From Perkinsus olseni (Eukaryota), in assembly GCA_013115125.1 (NCBI GenBank), contig JABANN010000310.1, forward strand, positions 1-40,663: DNA of 40,663 nucleotides, in the 5' to 3' direction. Both the position numbers and the translations under genes were made by a program. The notes under the pieces are model-generated. The model saw only the letters and a program-made list of their open reading frames with translations, ran no database searches and was not told where the DNA came from. Below are positions 10,821-22,000 of this stretch, piece by piece (within the stretch, counting starts at the first letter, position 1; every line of letters starts with the position of its first letter).

Positions 10821-11275
10821 GGGCTATTTTCCCCTCAAATCACACATTCCGAGTCCTAGCGATAGGGGGTAGTGTTTCCGAGTCCCCTCCATGAAATACA
10901 ACGCGAGGACTCCACAGAAAAGTATCTAGCATTACACTCACTGGTTGATCGTGTCAGTTACGCTGGACTTTGTAAATTAGTCCACTTTGTTCCAAGACAT
11001 TGAGGCATTGAGCTGCCATCGTAGGGCAGAAGCCTAGGCGTAGGGACACTACGCCTAGGGTTCCGTCCTCGAGACCCCAGAGCATCGAAGAAGCAGCTCC
11101 CTTGGCGAATCGACGCCTACGAAAGTATCGTAACGCAATAACGTTTCGCGCAACGAAATCACGCTCCGGCAACGATAATGATCATGTCATGTCATCTCTT
11201 TCAACCTCGCCATGCTGAGGCGTCCAAGCCTTCAACTCTAGGACTAAGTACATCTGTCCACATGGGGGATCCTGA

Positions 11276-14275
11276 TTAGCAGCAGTGGTAATGCTCCACT
11301 CGTATGTGATAGTTTACCGGCCTGGGAGATGGAGCTGCAAAGTGGGGTCCAGTCGCAGCCTCAGAAGAAGAAAACAACGGTACGCGAATGGCAGCGGTAG
11401 AGACAGCGCAATGGCCTTCGGAAATGTGTTGGGCCATCTGATGAGGGCACGCAGTGAACTCAAGCAAAGACGAAAAAGCTCACTTCGTCGGGTTCTTCCG
11501 GTTTCTCCACCTCATCACCATCAGGTGAGCCAGTCTGTTCCTCCTCATTCGGGGCTTCCCCTGCATTATCTTCTGTGGGCTGCACGAACTCGGAGAGGCA
11601 TTCTTCCACCTTGAGATACCAATGGGAGGGATTCGGCCCCGCATTATAGCGCAGAGACACTTACTCGAGGTGGAACAAATAAGCCTGACTCGGTCAGATC
11701 TATTCGGCCCACGAGAATCGGAGCATCTTGTGTCGCTTCGCCTTCATCGGAAGGGTCTTCCTCAGTGGCGCGGTGCAGCTCCACGTGAAGTCCTTCTATC
11801 ATGAGCCTGACAACTTGTCAGTGGCAAGCGCTTATGTGTAGTAAACTTCCTCGAAAGAGACACCGGCCCACCAGTTCCAGAGGGATAACTCGTCGAAAGC
11901 TTTAGTCATTATATCAATTCTGACTTCAGACGTCGCTTGGTCCTCTGCGCCCTCCATGGCTACGGGCCAAGTGGGTGGCATCTCCTGAGGCAGCTAGAGA
12001 GCTGTTCGAGGGCGCCAACGGTTGCCTGCCGGGGTTGCGAGGCTCGGCCGCTCAGACGTACCTCGGGCCTTTCATCATCGTCATCTCCCTGAGCATCAGC
12101 TCCACTTCCGACAGGAGGCGGTGCATCTCGGACGAACGCGCGGCTTCTTATCTGGGTGCCTGCGGTCCACCGATATGTTTGGATAGCAATGCAACATGTC
12201 GGCGATTGCCGACCTTGCATGCCACGAATGGTGATGAAGTACTCGCCGCCTTCATCAGCCACAGTATGGGGGACGCCTTCGAATAGCTTCGGGTAGACTT
12301 GCATTGCGAATCCTAACAGAAGGGACGTCAAGGCCGCAGAGAAGACTGGGAAACCCGGTCAGAGGTAAATCACAGTCGCAGTCATCAATCAGAGGCTCGA
12401 CCAGACTGTCGATGTAGGCTGCCTATCATAGCCATTGAGATAATTTTGGGGGGAGCGGCACCCCCCCCCCATGCACCTAGGCCTTTCGCTTCCCGCAGGG
12501 TTGGAAAGGTCGCCGCGACTTCGCGTTCGGCTTTCGAGACGGAACTGTTGTCCAGGTCTTGAAGGTTTGCTAACACACTGACGGCTGATTCGCAGGAGAG
12601 CCGGATCTTGCGGCCTACACAAATCTCTGACGATGGAGGGCCTGTAGGCAGGTGTCAAGGAGAGTGGGTTGCCGCAGAGTAGGAGGCGATGAACCTCGGC
12701 CAAATTCTTGAACGCCTCCACTGTCTCTGACAGGGCACATAGCCTGTTGTAACTGAAGAAGCAACTATTTACGACGCGGGAGAAGCGACCTTGCCGGCAT
12801 GATACATGGCCAACTACGATGGTACATGCCTTGCGGAGGAAGCGCCCCGGAGGCAATCCCGCTGACAGACTTTCGGATCGGGGCGATGTCAAAGCGACCA
12901 ATCTCTTATCGCTTAGACTATTCTAGCGCACTTCAGCTCAGAGAAAACTCTGAAAGGGCTTCCATTCTGCCATCGTTTGAGAACACGAAAGGCGAGTTTT
13001 TCTCCGGGAAATCCACTCCGACAAGCGGCCTATCACATGCCTGTGCAGCGACAACAGCCACTCAGGGTTCTCTCGATCGAGCTCACCTCAAATCGAGGCT
13101 CAAAAGGTTGGGAAATCTCTCGGCTATGGCGCCGGCATCTTCCACTTCATTATACGCCAATCCAAGATGCAGCAAAGACGGCAGCTCGGGGCCTTCCACA
13201 GAATTGATCTGGTTCCCGCAGGCGTTGAGTATCCTCAGGTTGGGTGGCAGTGCGGGGATACACTTGATGTGGTTCGAGTCGAGAGACAGCTGTATCAGAG
13301 CCGCGAATTTGGTTGTACGATCTGACACAGCAGGCTTCCTCTTCCAAGTAGAGCAGTGCTCTAGTAGCATCAACCCGCTGCGGACCAGCGGCTACGCTGG
13401 TCCGTAACGGCTACGAAAAAAACGGACCAGCGGTGGATACTGACGCTACCGTCGAGCAATGTAATGTTCCTGTTGTTGAGGCTGAGGTCTGTGAAGAACT
13501 CCCGCAGCACGAAGGATTCCGCTCTGACGTTTGGATGGAGACAGCTGCCCACTGCGGCGACGACTTTGAGGAAGTCCAGCGATTTGCTGGACCAGTCCAT
13601 CGCGCCTGGCTCCATGACGGCGACCCCTGCAGCAAGCAACCTGTGGCTCTCAGCGATCCAGTGACAGCTGCTACGTTCCATTATTTCCTTCTCTCTCGTG
13701 CACTCCCGATCCTCGTTAAGTCTCATCGACTTTTTGATATCTCTCTCGAGTTCTTTCCGAGAGTGTACCTAGAACGTTTACCGGCTTATTCCGACTGAGG
13801 GGAGTGTCGTTGGCTGTCATTATTAAGGAGGACTGTCATCGTGTATCCGAGCGAGGATTTCTCACTCTAGGAAGATGGGGACCCCTTGTGTCCTCCGCGG
13901 TGTCTTCATGCCATTAATACGACTTGTACACGTGTGCTACATGCGGTATGTGCCGGTGTCATACTAGATGCTAAAGATGTGATTTTCCGTGAAAATTTGT
14001 AATACGGGTCGACTGCGCCAACACTTTTCACGGGTACGTGACGCAATGAACGTATTTTCTGTCGTACTGCAGAATGATCATACCAGTCAAAAGAGAAGAG
14101 CCCCGAAGAAGGGTTACTGCAACCCCAGTCGTGCTGGCCAGTCTTTGATAATGTGCTCGCGTTGAGCCCTACCCACCGCTCCTTCTGCAATCTCCACACC
14201 CGTCCTATCCCTCAGTAGCCAGCGGAACGCCTCGTAAAGGCTCAGCTCGCATGCGTTAGTTGGCAGCGTCACCAT
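11276..14275 (-). CDS. Leucine-rich repeat protein, LRRC43-like (multi-exon)
   Basis: LRRs FAALIQLSLDSNHIKCIPALPPNLRILNACGNQI, LLHLGLAYN, FPNLLSLDL|SYNRL and LRR cap LLLCGNPLSLTPAYR, joined by GT-AG introns. The pattern resembles metazoan LRRC43 from memory. The start is uncertain: 14275 (putative exon 1, ...QREHIIKDWPARLG) or 13726. The stop at 11276 is inferred. Confidence 0.75.
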
Positions 14276-14584
14276 GGTCTTAGCATAAAGGGATTTTGAT
14301 GAGGATAAGAGATTCAACTCGCGTCACTTGAAGGATCTTGCGCTTTCGCAACGTGACTCTTGCGCAAGATCCACGAATGTGCAATCAATGTAATGATGGC
14401 AGTCTTGGGGACAGGCACTTAGCCTGCTAGGAAACCCTCACTCGAACTCCTTGTCTGAAACCGGAGGTTAATCAAAAATGTATAAGGGTAGTTTTTTTCG
14501 GAGAATCTTGAGATTTCACTACTGTTGCTCTCAGTAGGGCCCGAGAACTTGAAAGTGGGGTGAGTGTCAGTAATCTAGCCATTC

Positions 14585-15930
14585 ATGCCCGTTGTTGCTA
14601 AGGAGAGCTTCGGGTCTTTCGTCCCCTACGCGGAGCCCAGTTGGTACACCAAGGGCTACAGCAGCCCTTACTACACTCAGTCACACATCGACTGGAGAGC
14701 GAGGTGCCGTAAGTTCGTCGAGGAGGAGGTCCTGCCCAACGTGACTGAATGGGAGAAGCAGAAGGCGATTCCCATGGAGATCTACGCCAAGTGCTACCGG
14801 GCCGGACTCTTGCCCAGCATGGTCGGCCCTAAAGGCTACGACTACGCTGATTCAGGCGTCGCTCCTAAGCCTCAAGGCTTCGACTACTTCCACGAACTAA
14901 TTTTCATAGATGAGCTCAGCAGATGTGGCTCTGGTGGCGTGATGTGGGGTATGATGGGTGGTCTTAATATTGGCCTTCCTACCGTGTTGAACTTCGGCAC
15001 TCCGGAGATGAAGGCTCGGGTGGCCCCTCCTTGCGTGAGAGGAGAAAAGAATATATGTCTGTGTATTACTGAGCCCCACGCTGGTAGTGATGTTGCCAGC
15101 ATCAGAACCACGGCGAAGCTCACTCCTGATGGCAAACATTATATCGTCAACGGTCAGAAGAAGTGGATCACTAACGGTATCTTCTCCGACTACTTCTCGG
15201 TCGCCGTCCGAACTGGGGGTCCAGGTATGAAGGGTATCTCGATGCTCCTGGTCGAGAGGGGGATGCCTGGTCTCAAGACTACAAGGCTGGATTGTCAAGG
15301 TGTCCTTTCAAGCGGGACCACCTTCGTCGAGCTCGATGATGTGAAAGTGCCGGTGGAGAACCTCATAGGTAAGGCGAATGAAGGGTTCAAGGTTATCATG
15401 TACAATTTCAACCACGAGCGTTGGGGTCTTATTATCCAAGCCGTGCGCTTCTCAAGGATCCTCTACGAGTTATCTTTCAAGTATGCCCAGAAAAGGAAGA
15501 CCTTTGGCAAGGCTCTTATCGAGCATCCGGTAATCCGTTGGAAACTGGCTGAGATGGCGAGGCAAGTGGAGGGTACGAGTCACTGGCTCGAAAGTGTCAC
15601 TCATCAAATGTCCACGATGCCGTGGGAGCAGAGCATGGACGCGCTGGGAGGCACCATAGCGCTTATGAAGGCCCACAGCACCAAGGTAAGGGGAGCACTC
15701 GCTTGTAGTTTGTGTGAGTGTTATTGCAGGTCTTCGAGTATTGCGCTCGAGAGGCGGCGCAGATTTTTGGCGGCAATGCCTACACAAGAAGCGGCCTTGG
15801 TGAAGTAGTGGAGCGTCTGTATCGCGACGTTCGTGCGTTGGCCATCCCCGGTGGGTCGGAGGAGATCTTGCTGGATCTCGGCATCAGACAGGCCGACAGG
15901 CAGTACAAGAAGGCCATGAGTAAAATCTGA
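14585..15930 (+). CDS. Acyl-CoA dehydrogenase (2 exons; intron 15686-15729)
   Basis: Motifs CITEPHAGSDVA, NGQKKWITNG, FNHER, QIFGGNAY, IPGGSEEI. A 44-bp GT-AG intron restores the frame. Confidence 0.96.
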
Positions 15931-16727
15931 TGATTGAAACAGCGGTCATAAGATTTGTCGACAACGGCAGCTCGTCTATTCAGTGGCTCTCTGTGATTGT
16001 TATTTCAATTTTTTATCACCTTGGGTGGGTTGGGTTACCATAGTGAGAAAGTGGTGTGATTGGTCTCGGTACGAGTTGGAGCAGGGCAGCTCAGGACGGC
16101 AATGCGTTGCCGCGGTGGGACTGCAGAAGGTTGGCGTGCTGGAGAAGGGAGATCTCTTGTCACAAGAGTGGAGTCAATCACAAGAGTCTTGTGATTGACT
16201 TAGCAGGCTTGAGTGGCGGATAACGCAGCAGTTCGCAGCGGTTTGGTACAGTAAGGTGATAACGGAGTCAAGCGATGATAAGATACGAAAAAGGTTCTGC
16301 CTTCCTCACAGGATTGGCGAAAGCCTTTGCCCTCAGGTAAGAGGTAATGGTGGTGTAGCTTAGGTCGAACAGTGGCAATCAGTCTAGCGCGGTGGCTAAC
16401 CTGACTGAGGGTATCGAATGTTGAGTCGTTGGAGCTCTCGCTGTGCTGAGGTGTCGATCTGCATGATATCGAGAAATATTTCCATGTGCAGATACTATCG
16501 GATTTGGTGGTGTGGCAGCGCCCCGATGAGTTGGTTGGATGGACGAAGTCCCTCTCCCAGGAAGGGAGCTGGTAGTAGGCCTGTAGTATCGCTAAGTGCC
16601 CTGACGGAGGGTCACCAGACTAGCTCTCTGAGACTGAACGCATTCGCATTGAGCTTTCAAGGAGGGGCTCACCACCTTAATCAAATCTTTAGTAAAAAAG
16701 TTGGAAAATAGTTGACCATAAGTCCAG

Positions 16728-18252
16728 TCATGACAATATTTTATCGTTGGCAAGCCAACGCGCTGAGATGTAGGTTGACCTGTCACTTGCGTCACACCGT
16801 GACACCACCCGGACTTGCTGCAGGAGTCGTGGAGGCTCTCGGGGGCTGGTGGGCTGCCCAAGGGCGAGCTTGACCGCGTTCAGCGCATCCAGCTCTCCCA
16901 CGTCAGGCACGTTGAACTTGTTGCTCAGGCCAGCGGTGCGGGACCTCGTTATAGCCTCGGTAATGTCTTGCCCTTGTAGACCCAGTGCAGCCATCATAGC
17001 TGCAACGGCGGCAACCTGTGGGGTGGACGCTGACGTCCCAGAGGCTGAGCTGTAGGAGCCTGAGCGGTCCGTCGAGTAAATGTCGACGCCCGGAGCAGCA
17101 ATCTGAGTAGCAGCGCCGACGTTCGACCAGTAGGTGATGGTGGTGGCCTTGGACGTTGGAGTACTGGCCGCCACACATAGCATAGACGGGATGGCTCGTG
17201 CGATCGAACAGGGATACACCGGATTTTGATCCAAGCTTTGGGCATCGTTGCCAGCGCCAGCAATCACGATGTGCCCAGCAGCACTGACTTTGGCGATCAC
17301 TGACTTGAAGATCTGACTTCCGCGTCCGAAAGTGTAAGAGTGGGATGACACTGTTGCCCCCTGCCTGAGGACGTAATCAAAGGCCCTCACAAGAACACTA
17401 AGCCACAACTCTTTGTCAAACCATTTCACTATCATCAGCTCCACATTTGCCGCGCCAGCGACACCAATACTATTATTGGTCTCAGCGCCGGCTATACCAG
17501 CGCAGAAAGTACCGTGACCATTTTTGTCAGTAACATCAGTGTTGTTGTCCACGAAGTTGTAGCCGATAGAACCAGTAGTTGGGTCCCTCCAGAATTGCTT
17601 GGCCAGATCCGGATGCTTCATGTTTACTCCGCTGTCCAGGATCACTAGAACGACCTTCTTCAGCTTGCGCTTGGATGATTCAATCAGCCTCCACGCCTCC
17701 CATATCCTAATGCGTTCGAGGTTGCTCTGGCAGGAAGACACGGGGTCGTTAGTGCCGAGTAGAGGATTACCACCGGTACAAGGTCGTGGCGTCGGGGCAG
17801 GAGTCGTGGTCGGAGTCGTGGTCGTGGTCCGAGGGGGAGGCGGACGGCGTGTAGTAGTAGTAGTCCCGCTTATCGGTGTGAAGGTGACAGAGTAATCAGG
17901 CTCGCAATCAAAATCAATGCCCACATCCAACGCAGCTTTCTTCAAATACTCCAAAATTTGGCTGTAATCTGCCGAGCATTCATCAGAGTGCACGATCTGC
18001 ACCCCCACCAGGGTTCAGGTCCTCAACCATACCATTCTGCGCCAAGCATTGCTCGCACTCCTGATCACCTTGGCTCAGTGGGCGTGACCGCTCACCGGCG
18101 GCCGCTGCCTGTGCCATCATGACTGGTACGTCACGGATGTCGACCGGAGCCCCTCGGTGGGAGACTCTAGCCAGGGTATGGGTGGGCGCATCACCTCTGC
18201 AGAGAGCCGTAGAGAGGAGGATGACCGATAACGAGGATAATGTTGAGCGCAT
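16728..18252 (-). pseudogene. Secreted subtilisin (S8) protease with a +1 frameshift near 18005-18015
   Basis: Signal-like MRSTLSSLSVILLSTALCRG. Triad ILDSG / HGTFCAG / GTSASTP and oxyanion AGND are intact. A Thr/Pro linker precedes the catalytic domain. The signal/prodomain frame stops at 17983, and removing one base joins it to the GVQIV... frame. The C-terminal boundary is uncertain. Confidence 0.85.
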
Positions 18253-19054
18253 GAACATGACTTTGTTGGGTAACTCAACTGAAGCACGACAAAGCCTTAA
18301 GCGTCGATGACGCAGCTTCATCGATGATACCAATGCCAATAAATCAACGAAATGCTGGTAAAAAATGGTAGCGTAAAACACACAGATCCATGGGGTCATA
18401 TCAGTTCCAACAAAAGTAGGACAGGTAGAAGAAGCTGACCCCTCCCTTGCCTCTCCAGCGCTCCATTCCGTCCAGCGGTTCTGGGACAGAGACTTTGCGC
18501 GTGTATGGGCACTTAGCGACTCGAGCGAATAAGCTAGCAGCTGCTGATAGCAGAGCTATGCGCACGCGTGCAGCCAGAGACGCTACGTTGTAGGGCAGGG
18601 GTAGCCTGCTGGCTGGCGGATAGTTTACGGAAAACATGGGCCAGTTGTGATGAGTGAAACGGCTCAGTCTTGCTCACAACGGCTCTTGCTTTACCCAGTA
18701 GCTCTGGGAGGTTTTCATCCCGTACTCACCATAGGGTTGTCGCGTTGTCGTAGTAAGGAAGGGGTGAGGTGAAATATCGTGGGATATGGACTGGGAGAGC
18801 TCAGCGGAGTGGAGTGCGGGAAAGCAAAGCGGCTGCCTACTGTACTACTCATTACGGTTTCAATCATGGTAGCTCTACTGGTGGTGGCGGTCTGGGCATA
18901 GTCTGCTCCGCTCTGGAATCACGAACCACGTTTTTAAGAAAGGAGACGTATCACGAACGGCTCGGTAGGGGTCGGTGGTTCACACATGCCAGCCTCCTAC
19001 CTTCGACGGCTGCGGGTGACGGATCAGTTCAGTGCTGTGGGGTGCGGTGTGGTC

Positions 19055-22000
19055 ATGAAGGATGCAAGCCAGGAGAGTAACGCGGAAGGCCCCTCCTTCC
19101 GGATAGGAGTGGTCAAGTACTTCACAGTCAAGTGGCGGAGGTGAGGATAGCGCATCTTAGCTTGAAGCGTGTCATTCATGAATGATGGGGGAGACGTGAG
19201 CCGACTTGTATCGCAAGTGATGGCGTTCGTCATCCTCCATTCTGCGTTCGATGATTCAGATACTACATCCAATTCATAGACGCTAGCGCTGCTGAGCTCG
19301 AGGCTCTGCGTCCACAGAAGCTGCCGTCGTTGAGGGATGCCAAAGAGCTGGCCGAGTCCCTGGCCATATCCCTCGCCCATGGCGATGTCCAGTTGTCGAG
19401 GAGTGCTACTGATAGGCTGTGGGTGGATCCTGAGGATCTGCAGATCTTCGTAATCAGATGGACGGGGGAAAATCTTCGCTGTGCGTTTCCGTGATGAGCG
19501 AGCGTCACCTGTCATCAGAACTCCTGAATTCTCTGGGTTCACCCGATGCCGTGGCAGCTCGTCCCTGTCCAGATACTGTCCGAGTTGAAGGTATGGGAGC
19601 GCCCCGACGAGTTGCATCAGCGGAAGGCATCTACCACTGCTCCTCCACCGGCAAACAAGGAGAGAAGCTGGTACGCCTGCAGTATTTGTGGGTATCAAGT
19701 GCCAAAGGGGAGCATACGCTGGGCTAGAGAGTCGCCCGGACGGGGTTCGGAGCGGGACCGTGGCGGAAGTCGGGTCAGCTCCCACACCGAGATAAAAGGG
19801 GTGAGTATGGCAGGTTGAGTTTGTTAATATGCGGCAGAGGATGCGGAGCGCGGGTCAAGTCTTCGGGAACGGAAACATCGACAATAGTTCAGTTCGGACA
19901 CAGCCCTTCTCTCCCGTTCAGTCGCCCCATTCCTGTCCGGCGCCGGAAGAAGTTGACGACCGCCAGCGAGCCTTGCAGAGGTTCCACAACGCTCTGGGCT
20001 CCGAGGCTAATGACACGGTCATGCAAGATGCGCCCGACTCGGGTGATGGCTGCCAGCCGACGGTGAAGTTGGAGGTTACGGGTGGCGATCAAGTGAAGAA
20101 GGAGTCCGAAGAGCAGCAGGCGGGGAGCGAGGATGAGGACTCAGTCCAGCCGCTGCAGTGCTGCAATTGCCGCAATGTTTTTCACGGTGATTGCCTCCTA
20201 GCTCATGAGAAGCTGCTGCCGCCGGACGGGATGGATGAAGTGCTGCAGTTCAGGAACCTGGACACGTCAGCGTGGAGGCGAAGACTGTGTGAGTTGGTGA
20301 ATTGTTGGTATTAGATACATGCAGGGGGTAGCAACAGCAGTTCCGGAGCTCCTGCCGAAGGGTTGCCAGGAGCTGCACGCCTTCTCCAAGTAATGGCGCT
20401 AGTGGTGTCCACCAGGAATTGGAACTCACTGATGGAAAGCACGAAGTCAAATCTTCCCCATCTGCTGTGCCTAGCATGGCCTGAGGGCAACTCGTTGTCG
20501 GAGAAAGATAGAATCAGCAGTATGAACGTGACTCTCCGCTACCACCTAATGGCGTACCATCACAGTGCATCTCAATGGTTGGCGACATGAAGTCCCTTCG
20601 AAGGATTATATTAGCTGACATCCAAGAACGCACGTTCATGACCAGTGCGTATCATGTCCTGCCAACGCGTGTTACATCAGACGACTCAACCGGGTTGTTT
20701 CTAGAGCTTCTCGCACTGTAACCAATACCATAATACTAGTGAAAAGACTGGGCTTAGCAAAGGGAAAAGTCACAAGAAGAGTACGACCGAGTCACAGCGG
20801 TTTACGGCCCTACTATCCCCAGGCCCAAACTCGAAAGGCCTCGTGCTGAGCTATCGTACCAATCGTCACAGCGTGGACAGTCTCGGGACTTCCTCTGTCC
20901 GGACTGCAGGCTGTGCCAGTAAGTGTTGCTACAGTCATTGATATGCATGCCACGGGGATTGGTAGGTACTGTTGCGAACCACTGGGGACCTACCCGACTA
21001 ACTGGGACAAGCTGCCGTTGGTCAAGTTGTTCGGCTGTCTGGAGGTGGTTAATCGCAGCCCTTTCCATCGGTCCATTGCTCCCTATCAGCTGGCAGTAGT
21101 CTGCCATGGTTGCAACATGAGTGCCCATGGCACCTGCTGCTTCCCCATAGTAGCACCGAGCCTTCTGCCGGGGACTACGTGGAGGTGTGAGGATTGTCGA
21201 CAGTGTGAGTTGCGGGAGCGAGTTGCCTCTACTGCCACTCTAGCATGACCCGTTCTTGGACCTTCGTCATTTGGGTCACTCGATGAAGTTTCTTCGGAAG
21301 TTGCGGACAGCTCATTCTGAGGGCGTCTGTGACTGCAGCAGCAATTCTTCGCAACGCTTGCTTTCACCTCCTCGGCCGAATGAACACGGGGGCAATTCCT
21401 CCGTCGTCGAACGCGTGTGTCTTAGTTGCGCTTGGCTCATGTACTTGACCTCCTACACTTCCGCCGACCTACGTGAGTTTAGCCCCTGCAAATGAGCTAA
21501 TGAAGGCGAACTCTGAATTCCAAACTCCCTGTCACCCAACGGCCGATTCCCCTTTCTAAGGTAACAGCTGCGGTCGACGAACCTATTGGGAGCCCACAGC
21601 CCAGGAGCCGACCTCCAACGGTACCAACCTTTGGAGCATCACATTTGACACATGCAAGGCATGCTGGGGCGGCTTCGATGCCAACGAGTAAGTCTGTTCT
21701 TTTCATTGTCGCTCCTGAGGGTGGCGAAGTGGCAGGTATTGCCCCGTGTGCCTGCGTGCCTGGTCCACAGTGTGGTGCGATGACATGGTACAGTGTGATG
21801 GCTGCGAGTTCTGGGTCCATGCTAAGTGCGATAACTTCACCTGCAAGGAGCAGTTCACAGAGCTCACCGACAAGGACGTCAAGTGGGCCGGCTCAGAGGG
21901 TTACCTCCCCCCAGGTCCATCCAGATACTTCTGTCCGATCTGCCGAGACACGACGTCGAAGTCGAAGTACATACGAGCCTTGGACTTGCTCAAGGTGGGT

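Noticed and set aside
19024-19785. 253-aa minus-strand ORF
   Set aside because: Antisense to exons of the MLL-like gene, with no recognisable motifs.
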